DNA of 63,507 bases, counting the filler, from Dehalococcoidia bacterium (GTDB lineage Bacteria; Chloroflexota; Dehalococcoidia; DSTF01; JACRBR01), in assembly GCA_041494685.1 (NCBI GenBank). It is 4 parts of 4 records of this genome, joined end to end, with 100 filler letters (N's around TTAATTAATTAA, not from the genome) between each part and the next. Parts side by side here need not be neighbours in the genome. Positions count along the whole stretch, not along the records: positions 35,773 to 50,259 come from JBGQBE010000062.1; 3 more parts are not named here. One strand, given 5' to 3'. Position numbers and translations under genes: made by a program. The notes below the pieces were generated by a model, which saw only the letters and a list, made by a program, of their open reading frames with translations, searched no databases and was not told the origin of the DNA. This document shows positions 38,280 through 49,145 of the stretch, piece after piece (positions within the stretch are counted from its first letter, which is position 1; the number at the start of each line of letters is the position of its first letter).

Positions 38280-40061
38280 CTAGGCGTGCGGGTCGATGCG
38301 CTGGTAGCGCACGATGGCGTCGAAGTGGTCCAGCACGGTACGGTCCGGCGATGTGATGCCGCGCAGCGGCTGCGGCGTCAGCCGCCGCGCGAAGTACCGC
38401 GCTACGACCGCCTTCCTCGCCGAATCCTTGTGCGCCAGCTCCCACGCCGCCTCTTCGACCAGCAGCGACGCCTGCGCGACATCGGCCATGTAGTCGGTCA
38501 GCCGCCGCGCCTGCAGCAGCCGCACCTCCTCCGGTGCCGACTCCAGGTACGCCAGCGCCTCCTTCACGTCGTCCACCGCCGCGCCGATCTGCGAGGCCGT
38601 GCCGGCCAGCACCGGGTGTTCCGCGCCGCCCAGCGCCCGCTCGACGCGCGCCAGCAGCGCCTCGTCGGCGTGCTCCTTGCGCATCGAGCGCAGCACGTCC
38701 AGGCAGATGATGTTCTCCGTGCCCTCCCAGATCGGGTGGCAGACGGCGTCGCGCAACTGCCGCGCCACGGGCCAGTTCTCGATGTAGCCGTTGCCGCCGT
38801 GCATCTCGACGGCCTGCGTCGCCAGGTCTACGCCGCGGCGTGCGCAGCGGAACTTCGCCAGCGGCACCAGGATGCGGTACAGCCGCTTCGAATCGGCGTC
38901 GTGCGCCGCCCCCGCCCCCGCCTCCGCCGCCTCGAACGCCAGCGCGCAGCCCGCCTCCACCTCGACCACCATGTTCACCAGCGTCTCGCGCACCAGCGGA
39001 TAGTCAGCGATCGGCCGGCCGAAGGCGTAGCGGTGGTGCGCGTAGATCGCCGCCTCCATGAAGCTGCGGCGCATGATGCCCAGCCCCATGATCGAGACGC
39101 CGAAGCGCGAGCTCTGCACCATCTCCATCATGCGGTTGACGCCGCGCCCGTCGCGCGCGCCCACATCGCCGGTGCCGCGCTCCGAGCCCATCAGGTACGC
39201 CTCGGCGTCCTTGAAGTCGACCTCGCCGGTCGGCACGGCCCTTGTGCCGAGCTTGTCCTTGAGGCGGCGGATGTGGATGGCGTTGCGGCTGCCGTCGGCG
39301 CGGAACTTCGGCACCAGGAACATCGCGAGCCCCGGGAGCCCGGGGTGGGCGCCCTCCGGTCGGGCCAGCGTCAGGATCGCCTCGGCGTCGAGGTTCGAGC
39401 AGAACCACTTCGACCCGTCGACGCGCCAGCCGTCGGCGGTCTTGCGTGCGGAGCAGTCGCTGCTCGCCAGGTCGCTGCCGCCCTGCACCTCCGTCATGAA
39501 CATCCCGCCCGCCCACGCCTGGCCGAAGTCCATCGTCGTCAGGTGCGGGAGGAAGCGCTCGCGGATCTCCGGCGGCGCGTGCCGGTTGACGATGCCCGCG
39601 GCGCTGCTCGTCATCCCGATGCCACAGGCAATGCCCGTGTCCGCCTGGTTCAGCAGGTAGAGGAAGCCGGTGTTCACGGTCGCCGGCAGGTGGCCGCCGC
39701 GCTCGCGCTTGACGTCCTCGCGCCAGCGCAGCCCCAGGAAGCCGTTCTCCCACAGGTCGCGCTTCGTGTCGATGGCGCTCTGGTGGTGGACGACCTCGTT
39801 CACCTCGTTGCCCCACGGGTCGTACTTCTCGAGCCGCGGCGGGTTCTTGTCCGTCATCTCGGAGCGCGGCGCGACGCGCTCGCCCATGACGCTGCCCATG
39901 TTGCGGAGCTGCTCCTCGGCGAAGGCGCGGTCGCGCGCAGGCGTCAACCGCTCGACGATTTGGCGCAGGTTGGGGTCCGCCTCCCACCAGTTCTGGCCGA
40001 TGGCGCTCTCCATCGCCGCGTAGTCCAGACCCTCGTCCGTTGAGCGTTGTTCCGTCGTCAT
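38280..40061 (-). CDS. Acyl-CoA dehydrogenase, AidB-like
   Basis: MTEVQGGSD, KWFCSN, LKDKLGT, HGGNGY and IWEGTEN motifs. Confidence 0.9.
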   Translation of the reverse strand: MTTEQRSTDEGLDYAAMESAIGQNWWEADPNLRQIVERLTPARDRAFAEEQLRNMGSVMGERVAPRSEMTDKNPPRLEKYDPWGNEVNEVVHHQSAIDTKRDLWENGFLGLRWREDVKRERGGHLPATVNTGFLYLLNQADTGIACGIGMTSSAAGIVNRHAPPEIRERFLPHLTTMDFGQAWAGGMFMTEVQGGSDLASSDCSARKTADGWRVDGSKWFCSNLDAEAILTLARPEGAHPGLPGLAMFLVPKFRADGSRNAIHIRRLKDKLGTRAVPTGEVDFKDAEAYLMGSERGTGDVGARDGRGVNRMMEMVQSSRFGVSIMGLGIMRRSFMEAAIYAHHRYAFGRPIADYPLVRETLVNMVVEVEAGCALAFEAAEAGAGAAHDADSKRLYRILVPLAKFRCARRGVDLATQAVEMHGGNGYIENWPVARQLRDAVCHPIWEGTENIICLDVLRSMRKEHADEALLARVERALGGAEHPVLAGTASQIGAAVDDVKEALAYLESAPEEVRLLQARRLTDYMADVAQASLLVEEAAWELAHKDSARKAVVARYFARRLTPQPLRGITSPDRTVLDHFDAIVRYQRIDPHA

Positions 40062-40175
40062 GGCGTCCCTCTCCTGCCTGCGCGTTGTCCCATAGCATAC
40101 GCCGCCGGAGGCGAAGCATCACGCCCGCGACCCCCGATTGGCGCGTAGGCGCTCCAGCGTGCATCGTTACCGGCG

Positions 40176-40937
40176 ATGGGTGTGCTGGAGTACCTGGTGC
40201 TGCTCGTGGTGGCGTTCGCGGCCGGGGCGATCAACGCCGTGGCCGGGGGCGGCTCGCTGATCAGCTTCCCGACGCTGCTCGCCGTCGGCTTCGCCTCCAA
40301 GACGGCGAACGTGACGAACACCGTGGCCCTGTGGCCAGGCACGGTGGGCGGCTCCGTCGCCTACCGCTCGGAGCTGGGCCGCCAGCGCCGGCGCCTGCTG
40401 ATCCTGCTGGCGCCGGCCGTCTCGGGCGCGCTCCTGGGATCGGTGATCCTGCTGGCCACGCCGGGTTCGGCGTTCGACCGGATCGTCCCGTTCCTGATCC
40501 TCTTCGCGTGCGGCGTCATGGCGTTCCAGGATCAGCTGGGCGCCTTCGCGGTGCACCACCGCCTCGGCTCGCGCGACGCCGACCACGTACCACTGCCGCT
40601 CCTCGGCGTGACGTTCATCGGGGCGATCTACGGCGCCTACTTCGGTGCCGGGCTCGGCATCATCATGCTGGCGTTCCTCAGCATCCTGCTCCCCGACGAC
40701 ATCCAGCATTCCAACGCGCTCAAGGGCATGCTGGCGCTGATCATCAACGCCATCGGCGTGCTGTACTTCGCGCTGTTCGGGCCGGTGCGCTGGACCGCCG
40801 CGGCGGTGATGGCGGTCGGCGCGGTCTCGGGCGGCTATCTCGGCGTCGGCATCGCGCGGCGTCTCGGCCGGAAGTGGCTGCGCTGGGCGGTCATCGCCTA
40901 CGGCCTGACGGCGGCGATCATCCTGCTTGTGAAGTAG
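40176..40937 (+). CDS. TauE/SafE family exporter
   Basis: NAVAGGGSLISFP and YGAYFGAGLG motifs. Confidence 0.9.
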   Translation: MGVLEYLVLLVVAFAAGAINAVAGGGSLISFPTLLAVGFASKTANVTNTVALWPGTVGGSVAYRSELGRQRRRLLILLAPAVSGALLGSVILLATPGSAFDRIVPFLILFACGVMAFQDQLGAFAVHHRLGSRDADHVPLPLLGVTFIGAIYGAYFGAGLGIIMLAFLSILLPDDIQHSNALKGMLALIINAIGVLYFALFGPVRWTAAAVMAVGAVSGGYLGVGIARRLGRKWLRWAVIAYGLTAAIILLVK

Positions 40938-41016
40938 GCGTCCGGCGCCCCGCTAGACGATCCGCCCGCGAAGACGCACAATGATCGCGCACCCTTAGCA
41001 GACGACGGAGGACGGG

Positions 41017-42204
41017 ATGATCGACACGGCGCTGGTGGCATCGAGGCCGGAGGACCTGGGCATCGATCCGGAGAAGCTCGAGGCGGTATTCGCGCGGGCG
41101 AAGCGCGACGTCGACGACGGCACGCTGCCGAGCGCGCAGGTCGCCGTAGCGCGGCACGGCAGGCTCGCGGGCATGCGGACGTACGGCGCGGCGGTGCAGG
41201 GCGGCGTCGAGAAGCCGGCCACGGACGACACGCTCTACCACTTTTTCTCGTCCACCAAGGCGGTCGTCGCGGCGGCGGTCTGGCTGCTCTTCGAGGACGG
41301 CCAGCTCCGGCTCGACGAGAAGGTGGCGGACATCATCCCCGAGTTTGGCACGAACGGGAAAGAGATCATCGACGTGGAGACGATGATGCTACACGCGGGC
41401 GGCTTCCCGTACGGGCCGTTCGCGCAGGAGCATTGGGGCGACCACGCGGCACTCCTCGAAGCGTTCGCGCGGTGGCGGCTCAACTGGCCGGTCGATTCGC
41501 GCTACGAGTACCACCCCACGTCGATGCACTGGGTGCTCTCCGAGATCCTGCTGCGGCGGGGCGGGCTCAACTACAAGGACCTGATCCGCGAGCGCATCAC
41601 CGGGCCGATGGGGCTCGACGAGCTGTACATCGGCTGCCCGCCGGAGCAGCAGCACCGCGTCGCCGACATCGTGCATGTCGGAACGCCCGTCGAGCCGCCC
41701 GGCGGCTGGGGCGAGGTGACGCCGGAGATGCTGGAGCGCTTCAATCGCCCCGCCGTGCGCGCCGCGGGCGCGCCGGGCGCCGGCGCGGTCGCCAGCGCCG
41801 CGACGATGGCGCTGTTCTACCAGCCGCTGATCAACGGCGGCGTCACCGCGCGCGGTACGCGCATCATGAAGGCCGAGACGATCGCCTTCGGCACGAAGGT
41901 GCGCGCGCGTCCGTACCACATCGACCTGACCTTGCAGTTCATCGACCCGAATCTGCGCGTCAACACGAACCGCGCACTCGCGGTGTCGGTGGCGGGCGAC
42001 GACGGCTATGCGTTCATGCGGGGCTTCGGGCGCACCTGCTCCGGCCGCGCCTTCGGGCACGGCGGCGCCGGCGGCCAGATCGCCTGGGGCGACCCGGAGA
42101 CGGGGATCTCGGTCGGCTACTGCACCAACGGCTTCGTCGACGTCATGACCTACGGCCGCCGCATCACCGCGATTGGCAGCCTCGCCGGGCTCTGCGCGTC
42201 GTAG
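41017..42204 (+). CDS. Serine hydrolase, beta-lactamase class C family
   Basis: FSSTK (SxxK), YEYH and FGHGGAGG motifs. Confidence 0.88.
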   Translation: MIDTALVASRPEDLGIDPEKLEAVFARAKRDVDDGTLPSAQVAVARHGRLAGMRTYGAAVQGGVEKPATDDTLYHFFSSTKAVVAAAVWLLFEDGQLRLDEKVADIIPEFGTNGKEIIDVETMMLHAGGFPYGPFAQEHWGDHAALLEAFARWRLNWPVDSRYEYHPTSMHWVLSEILLRRGGLNYKDLIRERITGPMGLDELYIGCPPEQQHRVADIVHVGTPVEPPGGWGEVTPEMLERFNRPAVRAAGAPGAGAVASAATMALFYQPLINGGVTARGTRIMKAETIAFGTKVRARPYHIDLTLQFIDPNLRVNTNRALAVSVAGDDGYAFMRGFGRTCSGRAFGHGGAGGQIAWGDPETGISVGYCTNGFVDVMTYGRRITAIGSLAGLCAS

Positions 42205-42207
42205 CGG

Positions 42208-43344
42208 CTACTGCCGGGCGAGCTTCAGGATCTTGTTGTTGAACGTCACGAGGTACACCTCGCCGGCGCCGTCCTGCGCGAACGACGTGATGCTGGCGTG
42301 CGTATCGGCAAGCGGGATCGCCGCCCCGTTGTTGCTGGCGATATCGACGGCCCAGACGCGGCCGGAGCAGTAGTCGCCGTAGACGTACCAGCCGTCCAGC
42401 TCGGGCATCGATGCGCCGCGATAGACAAAGCCCCCCGTGACGGAGCAGCCGAAGTCGTGACTGTACTCGGCGCGCGGAGGCAGCAGACCGGACCGGTCAC
42501 AGCCGTCGGCCGGCTGGTAGCAATGGTTGCCCTCCATCACGTGCCAGCCGTAGTTCGCGCCCGCCACGATGCGGTCCACCTCTTCCCACAGGTTCTGGCC
42601 GACGTCGCCCGCCCAAAGCTGACCGCTTACGGTGTCGACGTTGATGCGCCACGGGTTGCGCAGGCCGAAGGCGTAGACCTCGCCGCGGCCGCCGCCGTGC
42701 GCGAACGGGTTGTCGTTCGGGATACGGTAGGTGCCGCCGCCCGACACGTCGATGCGGAGGATCTTGCCCAGGAGCGAGTTGGTGTTCTGGCCGTTGCCGT
42801 CGGGGTCGCCACCGCCGCCGCCGTCGCCGACGCCGATGTAGAGATCGCCGTCCGGGCCGAAGGCCAGCGCGCCGCCGTTGTGGTTCGGGAATCGCTTCTC
42901 GGGCAGATCGATGACGACCTGCTCCGATGCGGCGTCGGCCGTCGCTCCGTGCGCGGTGAAGCGCGATACGCGGTTGTGACGCGGACCTCCCGCGGTGTAG
43001 TAGACGTAGAACGTGCCGCTCGACGCGTAGTCGGGAGCGTAGGCCAGCCCGAGCAGCCCCTCTTCGGTACCGGGGCCCGGGATCAGCCAGCCGCTGATAT
43101 CGAGGAATACCGACGGTGCGTCGCTGGCATCGTTCAGGTTTGCGCGGTAGATGATGCCGTGCTGCGTCAACACGAGCGCCTCGCCCGGGTCGCCGGGGAT
43201 CGGCTGCAGTCCCACCATGCCGTCCAGGTTGACGTTATGGAAGACCTGCACGGCGGTGTAGCGGTTAGGCATCGGACATCCGGTCAGCACCAGCGCCGCC
43301 GCCAGCAGCATGCCGGCGAGCAGCGTCGCGCGAAGTCGCATCAT
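42208..43344 (-). CDS. PQQ-dependent sugar dehydrogenase family lipoprotein
   Basis: LTGC lipobox, HNGG.LAFGPDG, GKILRID, GLRNPWR, DVGQ. Confidence 0.9.
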   Translation of the reverse strand: MMRLRATLLAGMLLAAALVLTGCPMPNRYTAVQVFHNVNLDGMVGLQPIPGDPGEALVLTQHGIIYRANLNDASDAPSVFLDISGWLIPGPGTEEGLLGLAYAPDYASSGTFYVYYTAGGPRHNRVSRFTAHGATADAASEQVVIDLPEKRFPNHNGGALAFGPDGDLYIGVGDGGGGGDPDGNGQNTNSLLGKILRIDVSGGGTYRIPNDNPFAHGGGRGEVYAFGLRNPWRINVDTVSGQLWAGDVGQNLWEEVDRIVAGANYGWHVMEGNHCYQPADGCDRSGLLPPRAEYSHDFGCSVTGGFVYRGASMPELDGWYVYGDYCSGRVWAVDIASNNGAAIPLADTHASITSFAQDGAGEVYLVTFNNKILKLARQ

Positions 43345-43463
43345 GGCCGTGACCCCTTTCGTCCCTCCCCTATGGTACGCATTCGGATGGTCCGGTGGTT
43401 ACTCAAGGCGCCTGAGCACGTGATCGTCGTTACGTTAACGGGGCAGGATCGCCTCGCCGCCAT

Positions 43464-43517
43464 CTTTACCATCGGTTAATCGCCGTTAACAACCCGTTAA
43501 CCAGGCGTGTCTAGCCT
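43464..43517 (+). promoter_or_regulatory. PHO-box-like direct repeats and -10 of pstS
   Basis: CTTTACC 43464, GTTAATC 43475, GTTAACA 43485, GTTAACC 43496; TAGCCT 43512-43517. Confidence 0.7.
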
Positions 43518-43596
43518 GCAAACCGGAATACCCGTGCGATCGATGCGGCACACGGGCCTCGCGGCGAGGCTGATGGAGACAGGAGTGGGAACGTAC

Positions 43597-44820
43597 ATGA
43601 CACCTGGACACAGGCAACGGCGGAGACTGTTCGGAGCGGCGGTGGCGTTGGCCGCGGTGGGCGCGCTGCTCTTCGCGGCGTGCGGTGGCGGCACAAGCTC
43701 CAGCGACAAGACCGCGACGGCCTCCGCCGGCAAACCGGCCGCGACCAGCGCGGCCACGAAGCCGGCCGGCACGGCGGCCGCCAGTAGCACCGCCGGCAGC
43801 GGCAACGTCACGATCCCGACGGATGTGGGGAAGGACGACAGCGCCAAGCTGACGGGAGCGGGCTCGACGTTCGCCAACCCCCTGTACACGCGCTGGGCGT
43901 CCGACTACAAGTCGAAGGTGGCGAGCGGCGTCGAGATCAACTATCAGTCAGTGGGCTCCGGCGCGGGCATCCAGCAACTGACGGCGCAGACCGTGGACTT
44001 CGGAGCGAGCGACGCGCCGATGACTGACGCGGAGGCGGCGAAGGCAGCGGGCCCGGTCCAGCACATCCCGACGGCCCTGGGAGCGGTGGTGATCACCTAC
44101 AACGTCGCCGGGGTGGCTCAGCCGCTGAAACTGGACGGGGACACGATCGCCAAGATCTACCTGGGGAAGATCACCAAGTGGAACGACCCGGCGATCGCCG
44201 GACAAAATGCGGGCGTGACGCTGCCGTCGGCGGAGATCGTCGTGGTGCACCGGTCAGACGGGAGCGGCACGAGTTTCATCTTCACGGATTACCTGAGCAA
44301 GGTGAGCGCGGACTGGAACGCGGGTCCGGGGACGAGCAAGAATCCGCAATGGCCGGTGGGGCTGGGCGGCCAGGGGAACGAGGGCGTCACCCAGCAGGTG
44401 AAGCAGAACAAGAACTCCATCGGCTACGTGGAGTTGGGGTACGCGCAGAACAACAACCTGCCCTACGCGCAGGCGAAGAACAAGTCGGGAGAATACATCA
44501 CGCCGACGGCGGACTCCACATCGCTGGCAGCAACGGGGGTATCGATCCCGGCGGACTACCGGGTGAGTATCGTGGACTCGCCGACGAAGGGGGCGTATCC
44601 GATCGTCGGGTTCACCTGGATCATCATGTACAAGGACCAGAAGGACGCGACGAAGGCGAAGGCGCTCGCGGACTGGCTCTGGTGGGCGATCCACGACGGG
44701 CAGAGCGTGGAGGCGTCCCTCGGGTACGCGCCGCTGCCCGCGGACGTCGTCAAGGCGCTCGAGAAGACGCTCACGACGGACGTAACGTCGGGCGGCGCCC
44801 CGTTGCTCAAGGGCTCCTGA
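43597..44820 (+). CDS. pstS: Phosphate ABC transporter substrate-binding lipoprotein
   Basis: FAAC lipobox, GAGSTF, GSGAG, DFGASD and RSDGSGTS motifs. Confidence 0.96.
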   Translation: MTPGHRQRRRLFGAAVALAAVGALLFAACGGGTSSSDKTATASAGKPAATSAATKPAGTAAASSTAGSGNVTIPTDVGKDDSAKLTGAGSTFANPLYTRWASDYKSKVASGVEINYQSVGSGAGIQQLTAQTVDFGASDAPMTDAEAAKAAGPVQHIPTALGAVVITYNVAGVAQPLKLDGDTIAKIYLGKITKWNDPAIAGQNAGVTLPSAEIVVVHRSDGSGTSFIFTDYLSKVSADWNAGPGTSKNPQWPVGLGGQGNEGVTQQVKQNKNSIGYVELGYAQNNNLPYAQAKNKSGEYITPTADSTSLAATGVSIPADYRVSIVDSPTKGAYPIVGFTWIIMYKDQKDATKAKALADWLWWAIHDGQSVEASLGYAPLPADVVKALEKTLTTDVTSGGAPLLKGS

Positions 44821-44832
44821 CGCGCATTTCCC

Positions 44833-44875
44833 GCGGAAGGGCGGCGTGCGGGCTGACCGTACGTCGCCCTTCCGC
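44833..44875 (+). other. Intercistronic 19-bp stem-loop between pstS and pstC
   Basis: GCGGAAGGGCGGCGTGCGG / CCGTACGTCGCCCTTCCGC with G-U pairs. Confidence 0.6.
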
Positions 44876-44892
44876 TACTCTATCGAGGCCAG

Positions 44893-45876
44893 ATGCAACT
44901 CACTGAGCCCCGCGTTCGCCCGGATTTCCAGCACGCCGAAGGCCTGTTCGCGCGGCACGGCCGCCTCGAGCCGATCTTCCGCGGCGCGGTGACGCTGGTC
45001 GCACTTAGCGTCCTCCTGCTCGTGCTGCTCATGGTCTACGAACTGGCGCACCAGGCCTGGCCGGCGATCGACAAGTTCGGCCTGCGCTTCCTCTGGTCGA
45101 GAGAATGGAACCCGCCCAAAGAGCGCTTCGGCGCGTTCCCGTTCATCGTCGGCACGCTGGTCACGTCCATGCTGGCGCTCGGGTTCGGCACGGTCGTCGG
45201 CGTCGGTGCGGCGCTCTTCCTCGTCGAGTTCGCGCCCGCCTGGGTGCGCGTGCCGGTCTCCTACATGGTGGAGCTGCTGGCGGCGATCCCGAGTGTCGTC
45301 TACGGGCTCTGGGGCGTCTTCGTGCTCGGCCCCTGGATCCAGCACACGGCCGGGCCGTACATCCTCGACTACCTCGGCTGGATGCCGTTCGTGCACGGCC
45401 CGCCGCTCGGCGTCGGCATCCTGGCCGCCGTGCTGATCCTCACGATCATGATCTTGCCGACGATCGTTGCCATCTCGCGCGACGTGATCTCCGCGGTGCC
45501 GCGTTCGCAGCGCGAGGGCATCCTGGCGCTCGGCGCGACGCGCTGGGAGATGATCCGCATCGCGGTGCTGCCATACGCGCGCTCCGGCGTGCTGGGCGCG
45601 GCGATCCTCGGCCTCGCGCGCGCCATCGGCGAGACGCTGGCCGTCGCGCTGGTCATCGGCAACAGCACGAACGTGCCGGACTCGATCTTCTCGCCGGCGT
45701 ATACGATGGCCAGCGTCATCGCGAACCAGTTCCGCGAGGTCGAGAACGACATGCACCGCGCGGCGCTGATCTACATCGGCCTGCTGCTGCTGCTGATCAC
45801 GCTGATCGTCAACGCCATCGCCCGCGTGCTCGTCTGGCGCGTGACGAAGGGCCAGATTACGACGGTGATCGAATGA
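44893..45876 (+). CDS. pstC: Phosphate ABC transporter permease
   Basis: ELLAAIPSVVYGLWG and RAIGET motifs. Confidence 0.95.
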   Translation: MQLTEPRVRPDFQHAEGLFARHGRLEPIFRGAVTLVALSVLLLVLLMVYELAHQAWPAIDKFGLRFLWSREWNPPKERFGAFPFIVGTLVTSMLALGFGTVVGVGAALFLVEFAPAWVRVPVSYMVELLAAIPSVVYGLWGVFVLGPWIQHTAGPYILDYLGWMPFVHGPPLGVGILAAVLILTIMILPTIVAISRDVISAVPRSQREGILALGATRWEMIRIAVLPYARSGVLGAAILGLARAIGETLAVALVIGNSTNVPDSIFSPAYTMASVIANQFREVENDMHRAALIYIGLLLLLITLIVNAIARVLVWRVTKGQITTVIE

Positions 45877-46754
45877 TCGCGGCAACATCGCGCAACCGCC
45901 GCCGTCGCCGCATCGTCGATACGATTGCGTCCGCCGCGATCACAGGTGCCGGCATCGGCGTCATCGTGCCGCTGGTCGTCATCCTGCTGTTCCTCTTTGT
46001 GAAGGGCCTGCCCGCCCTGCATGTGGACCTCTTCACCCAGAACCCCGGCCCGACGGGCGTCGCCGGCGGCGGCATCAAGAGTTCTATCGTGGGCTCGGTT
46101 CTGCTGCTCGGGCTGGCGCTGGTCATGGGGCTGCCGCCGGCGATCGCGACGGGCGTCTACCTCGCGGAGTACGGCCGCGGCCGCCTCGGCTTCGTCATCC
46201 GCTTCCTCGTCGACGTGCTGGCAGGCGTGCCGTCGATCACGATCGGCATCTTCGTCTATACGGCCGTGGTTCTGAACATGGGCAACATCAACCGGTTCAC
46301 CGGCGGCGATCAGAAGTTCACGGCCTTCGCCGGCGGCATCGCGCTCGCGTTGATCATGCTGCCGATCGTCAGCCGCGTCACCGAGGAGATGCTGCTGCTT
46401 GTGCCGCAGATGACGCGCGAGGCCTCGTACGCGCTGGGCGTGCCGAAATGGCGCACGATCCTGACGGTGGTGCTGCCCGCCGCCTCCAGCGGCATCATGA
46501 CCGGCATCGTGCTGGCGTCCGCGCGCGTCGCTGGCGAGGCCGCGCCGCTGCTCTTCACGGCGCTCGGCAACAACTTCTACAGCACCAGCATCTTTCGCCC
46601 CATCGATGCGCTGCCGCTGCGCATCTTCACGTACGCCACCGGCCCGTTCCCGTACCAGCATGACCAGGCGTGGGCTGGCTCATTCGTGCTGGTGATGATG
46701 GTGCTGGTGATGAGCATCGGCGCGCGGCTGCTGCTCCGGAGGCCGGGCCGATGA
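45873..46754 (+). CDS. pstA: Phosphate ABC transporter permease
   Basis: YLAEY, GVPSI and RVAGEAAPL motifs. Confidence 0.95.
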   Translation: MIAATSRNRRRRRIVDTIASAAITGAGIGVIVPLVVILLFLFVKGLPALHVDLFTQNPGPTGVAGGGIKSSIVGSVLLLGLALVMGLPPAIATGVYLAEYGRGRLGFVIRFLVDVLAGVPSITIGIFVYTAVVLNMGNINRFTGGDQKFTAFAGGIALALIMLPIVSRVTEEMLLLVPQMTREASYALGVPKWRTILTVVLPAASSGIMTGIVLASARVAGEAAPLLFTALGNNFYSTSIFRPIDALPLRIFTYATGPFPYQHDQAWAGSFVLVMMVLVMSIGARLLLRRPGR

Positions 46755-47569
46755 GCATCGAGCAGGCGGCACGGCCCGCGACCTCCGCCGCGGAGCCGGA
46801 CGGGCGCGCGGTCGACGTGCGCGGGCTGACGGCGTGGTACGGCGCCAAGGTCGGCGTGCGCGACGTCGATATCCGCTTCCCGCAGGAGAAGGTGACCGCG
46901 ATCATCGGCCCTTCCGGCTGCGGCAAGAGCACGCTGCTCCGTTGCCTGAACCGCATGCACGAGGTCGTGAAGGGCGCGCGGATCGAGGGCAGCGTCCGCG
47001 TCGGCGGGCAGGACATCTACGCCCGTAGCATCGACGCGGCGGAGATCCGGCAGCGCGTCGGCATGGTCTTCCAGCGCCCGAACCCGTTCCCGACGATGTC
47101 GATCTGGGACAACGCGGGCGTCGGCGCGAAGCTGCTGGGTCACAGGGGCAGCGAGCTTTCCGATATGATCGAGTCGGCGCTGCGCCGCGCCGGGCTCTGG
47201 GACGAGGTGCGTGACAAGCTGCGTACGCCGGCGATCGACCTCTCAGGCGGCCAGCAGCAGCGGCTCTGCATCGCGCGGTGCATCGCCGCGCGGCCGGAGG
47301 TAATCCTGATGGACGAGCCGTGCAGCGCGCTCGACCCGGCCGCCACGATCAGAATCGAGGATCTGATGCGGGAACTGGCGCGCGAGTACACCGTGATCAT
47401 CGTCACGCACAACATGCACCAGGCCGCGCGCGTCTCCGACTACACGGCGTTCATGCTCGCGGAGGACGGCGCCGGCGGCCGGCTGGTCGAATTCGCCGAC
47501 ACCGATACCGTCTTCACGAACCCGTCGGATCAGCGCACAGAAGCGTATGTCACCGGCCGGTTCGGGTAG
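46751..47569 (+). CDS. pstB: Phosphate ABC transporter ATPase (copy 1)
   Basis: [31 protein letters not shown]. Confidence 0.95.
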   Translation: MSIEQAARPATSAAEPDGRAVDVRGLTAWYGAKVGVRDVDIRFPQEKVTAIIGPSGCGKSTLLRCLNRMHEVVKGARIEGSVRVGGQDIYARSIDAAEIRQRVGMVFQRPNPFPTMSIWDNAGVGAKLLGHRGSELSDMIESALRRAGLWDEVRDKLRTPAIDLSGGQQQRLCIARCIAARPEVILMDEPCSALDPAATIRIEDLMRELAREYTVIIVTHNMHQAARVSDYTAFMLAEDGAGGRLVEFADTDTVFTNPSDQRTEAYVTGRFG

Positions 47570-47577
47570 GAGACGGC

Positions 47578-48441
47578 ATGACGACAGAGGCGCCCGTGAC
47601 CGAAGCACGCAAGACCGCCGCCCGGCCGATCTCCGTCGCCGCCGCCCGCAGCGAGCGCGCGCCCCAGGGCGGCGACGTGCGGCTCCGCGCGGAGCACGTC
47701 AGCGTGCGCTATGGCTCGGCCCTGGCCATCGACGACGTCACGATCGACATCCACGACCGCGCCGTCACCGCGATCATCGGGCCGTCCGGTTGCGGCAAGA
47801 GCACGCTCCTCCGCGTCTTCAACCGCATGAACGACCTCATCCACAGCGCTCACGTGGACGGCCGCGTCGAGATGGACGGCGTCGACATCCTCGGCGATGA
47901 CATCGACGTCGTGCGGCTGCGGCGGCACGTCGGCATGGTGTTCCAGAAGCCTAATCCGTTCAGCATGAGCATCTACGACAACATCACCTTCGGGCCGCGG
48001 CAGCACGGCATCCGCGGCAGAGGGAAGCTCGACGAGGTCGTCGAGCGGTCGCTGCGGCGCGCCGCGCTCTGGGACGAGGTGTCCGACCGGCTGAAGAAGC
48101 CCGCGACCGGCCTCTCCGGCGGCCAGCAGCAGCGGCTCTGCATCGCCCGGGCGCTGGCAGTGGAGCCCAGCGTGATCCTGATGGACGAACCCTGCAGCGC
48201 GCTCGATCCGATGGCCACGCTCAAGATCGAAGACCTGATGAGCGACCTTGCCCGCGACTACACCATCGTCATCGTGACGCACAATATGCAGCAGGCCGCG
48301 CGCGTCTCCGACTATACCGCATTCATGCTCGCGGGCGCCGAGCGTATCGGCCGGCTCATCGAGTTCGGGCTCACGGACACGATCTTCACGGCGCCGGCCG
48401 ACAAGCGGACGGAAGACTACATCACCGGCCGCTTCGGATAG
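47578..48441 (+). CDS. pstB: Phosphate ABC transporter ATPase (copy 2)
   Basis: Same motifs, ending YITGRFG. Confidence 0.95.
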   Translation: MTTEAPVTEARKTAARPISVAAARSERAPQGGDVRLRAEHVSVRYGSALAIDDVTIDIHDRAVTAIIGPSGCGKSTLLRVFNRMNDLIHSAHVDGRVEMDGVDILGDDIDVVRLRRHVGMVFQKPNPFSMSIYDNITFGPRQHGIRGRGKLDEVVERSLRRAALWDEVSDRLKKPATGLSGGQQQRLCIARALAVEPSVILMDEPCSALDPMATLKIEDLMSDLARDYTIVIVTHNMQQAARVSDYTAFMLAGAERIGRLIEFGLTDTIFTAPADKRTEDYITGRFG

Positions 48442-48454
48442 AAAGCAGGGGACG

Positions 48455-49120
48455 ATGACGAGAGAGCTGTTCGACCGGAAGCTGCGCGAGATGCAGGACG
48501 ACATCCTGATCATGGGCAGCATGGTGGAGAAGGCGCTCCAGCGCTCCGTCGAGGCGCTGCGCACCCGCGATCGCACGCTCTCCAACGTCGTCATCCAGGA
48601 CGACGTCGCGATCAACGCGAAGCGGTACGAGATCGAGGAGAAGTGCATCCACACGATCGCGCTGCAGCAGCCCATGGCGGCCGACCTGCGCGTGCTCGTC
48701 GCCATCCTGTTCATCGCTACAGAACTCGAGCGCATGGCCGACCACGCGGAAGGCATCGGCCGCATCAACCTGATGCTGGGCGACGAGCCGCTGCCGCGCC
48801 CGATGGGCGAGATCTCCGAGATGGGGGAGAAGGCAGGCGACATGCTGCGCCGCAGCTTGACGGCGTTCGTGGAGCGCGACGCTGACGCCGCGCGCCTCCT
48901 CTGCGACGAGGACGACCAGATCGACGCGCTATACGACGCGTCGTACCACGCGCTGATCCAGGAGATGATCCGGACCCCCGCCGACGTCCAGCGCATCACG
49001 TACCTCATCTGGACGTCGCACAATCTGGAACGCATCGCCGACCGGGTGACGAACATCTGCGAACGCGTGATCTTCATGGTCACGGGGCAACTGGAGGAGA
49101 TCAACGTCTCCCGCTACTAG
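48455..49120 (+). CDS. phoU: Phosphate signalling protein PhoU
   Basis: QPMAADLR, ELERMADH and LERIADR.TNICE motifs. Confidence 0.96.
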   Translation: MTRELFDRKLREMQDDILIMGSMVEKALQRSVEALRTRDRTLSNVVIQDDVAINAKRYEIEEKCIHTIALQQPMAADLRVLVAILFIATELERMADHAEGIGRINLMLGDEPLPRPMGEISEMGEKAGDMLRRSLTAFVERDADAARLLCDEDDQIDALYDASYHALIQEMIRTPADVQRITYLIWTSHNLERIADRVTNICERVIFMVTGQLEEINVSRY

Positions 49121-49145
49121 TGGGCGCGGACTCGCGCAAGGATTC

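Noticed and set aside
41017..42204. Antibiotic-resistance beta-lactamase
   Set aside because: No signal peptide; features fit cytoplasmic family VIII esterase-type serine hydrolases.
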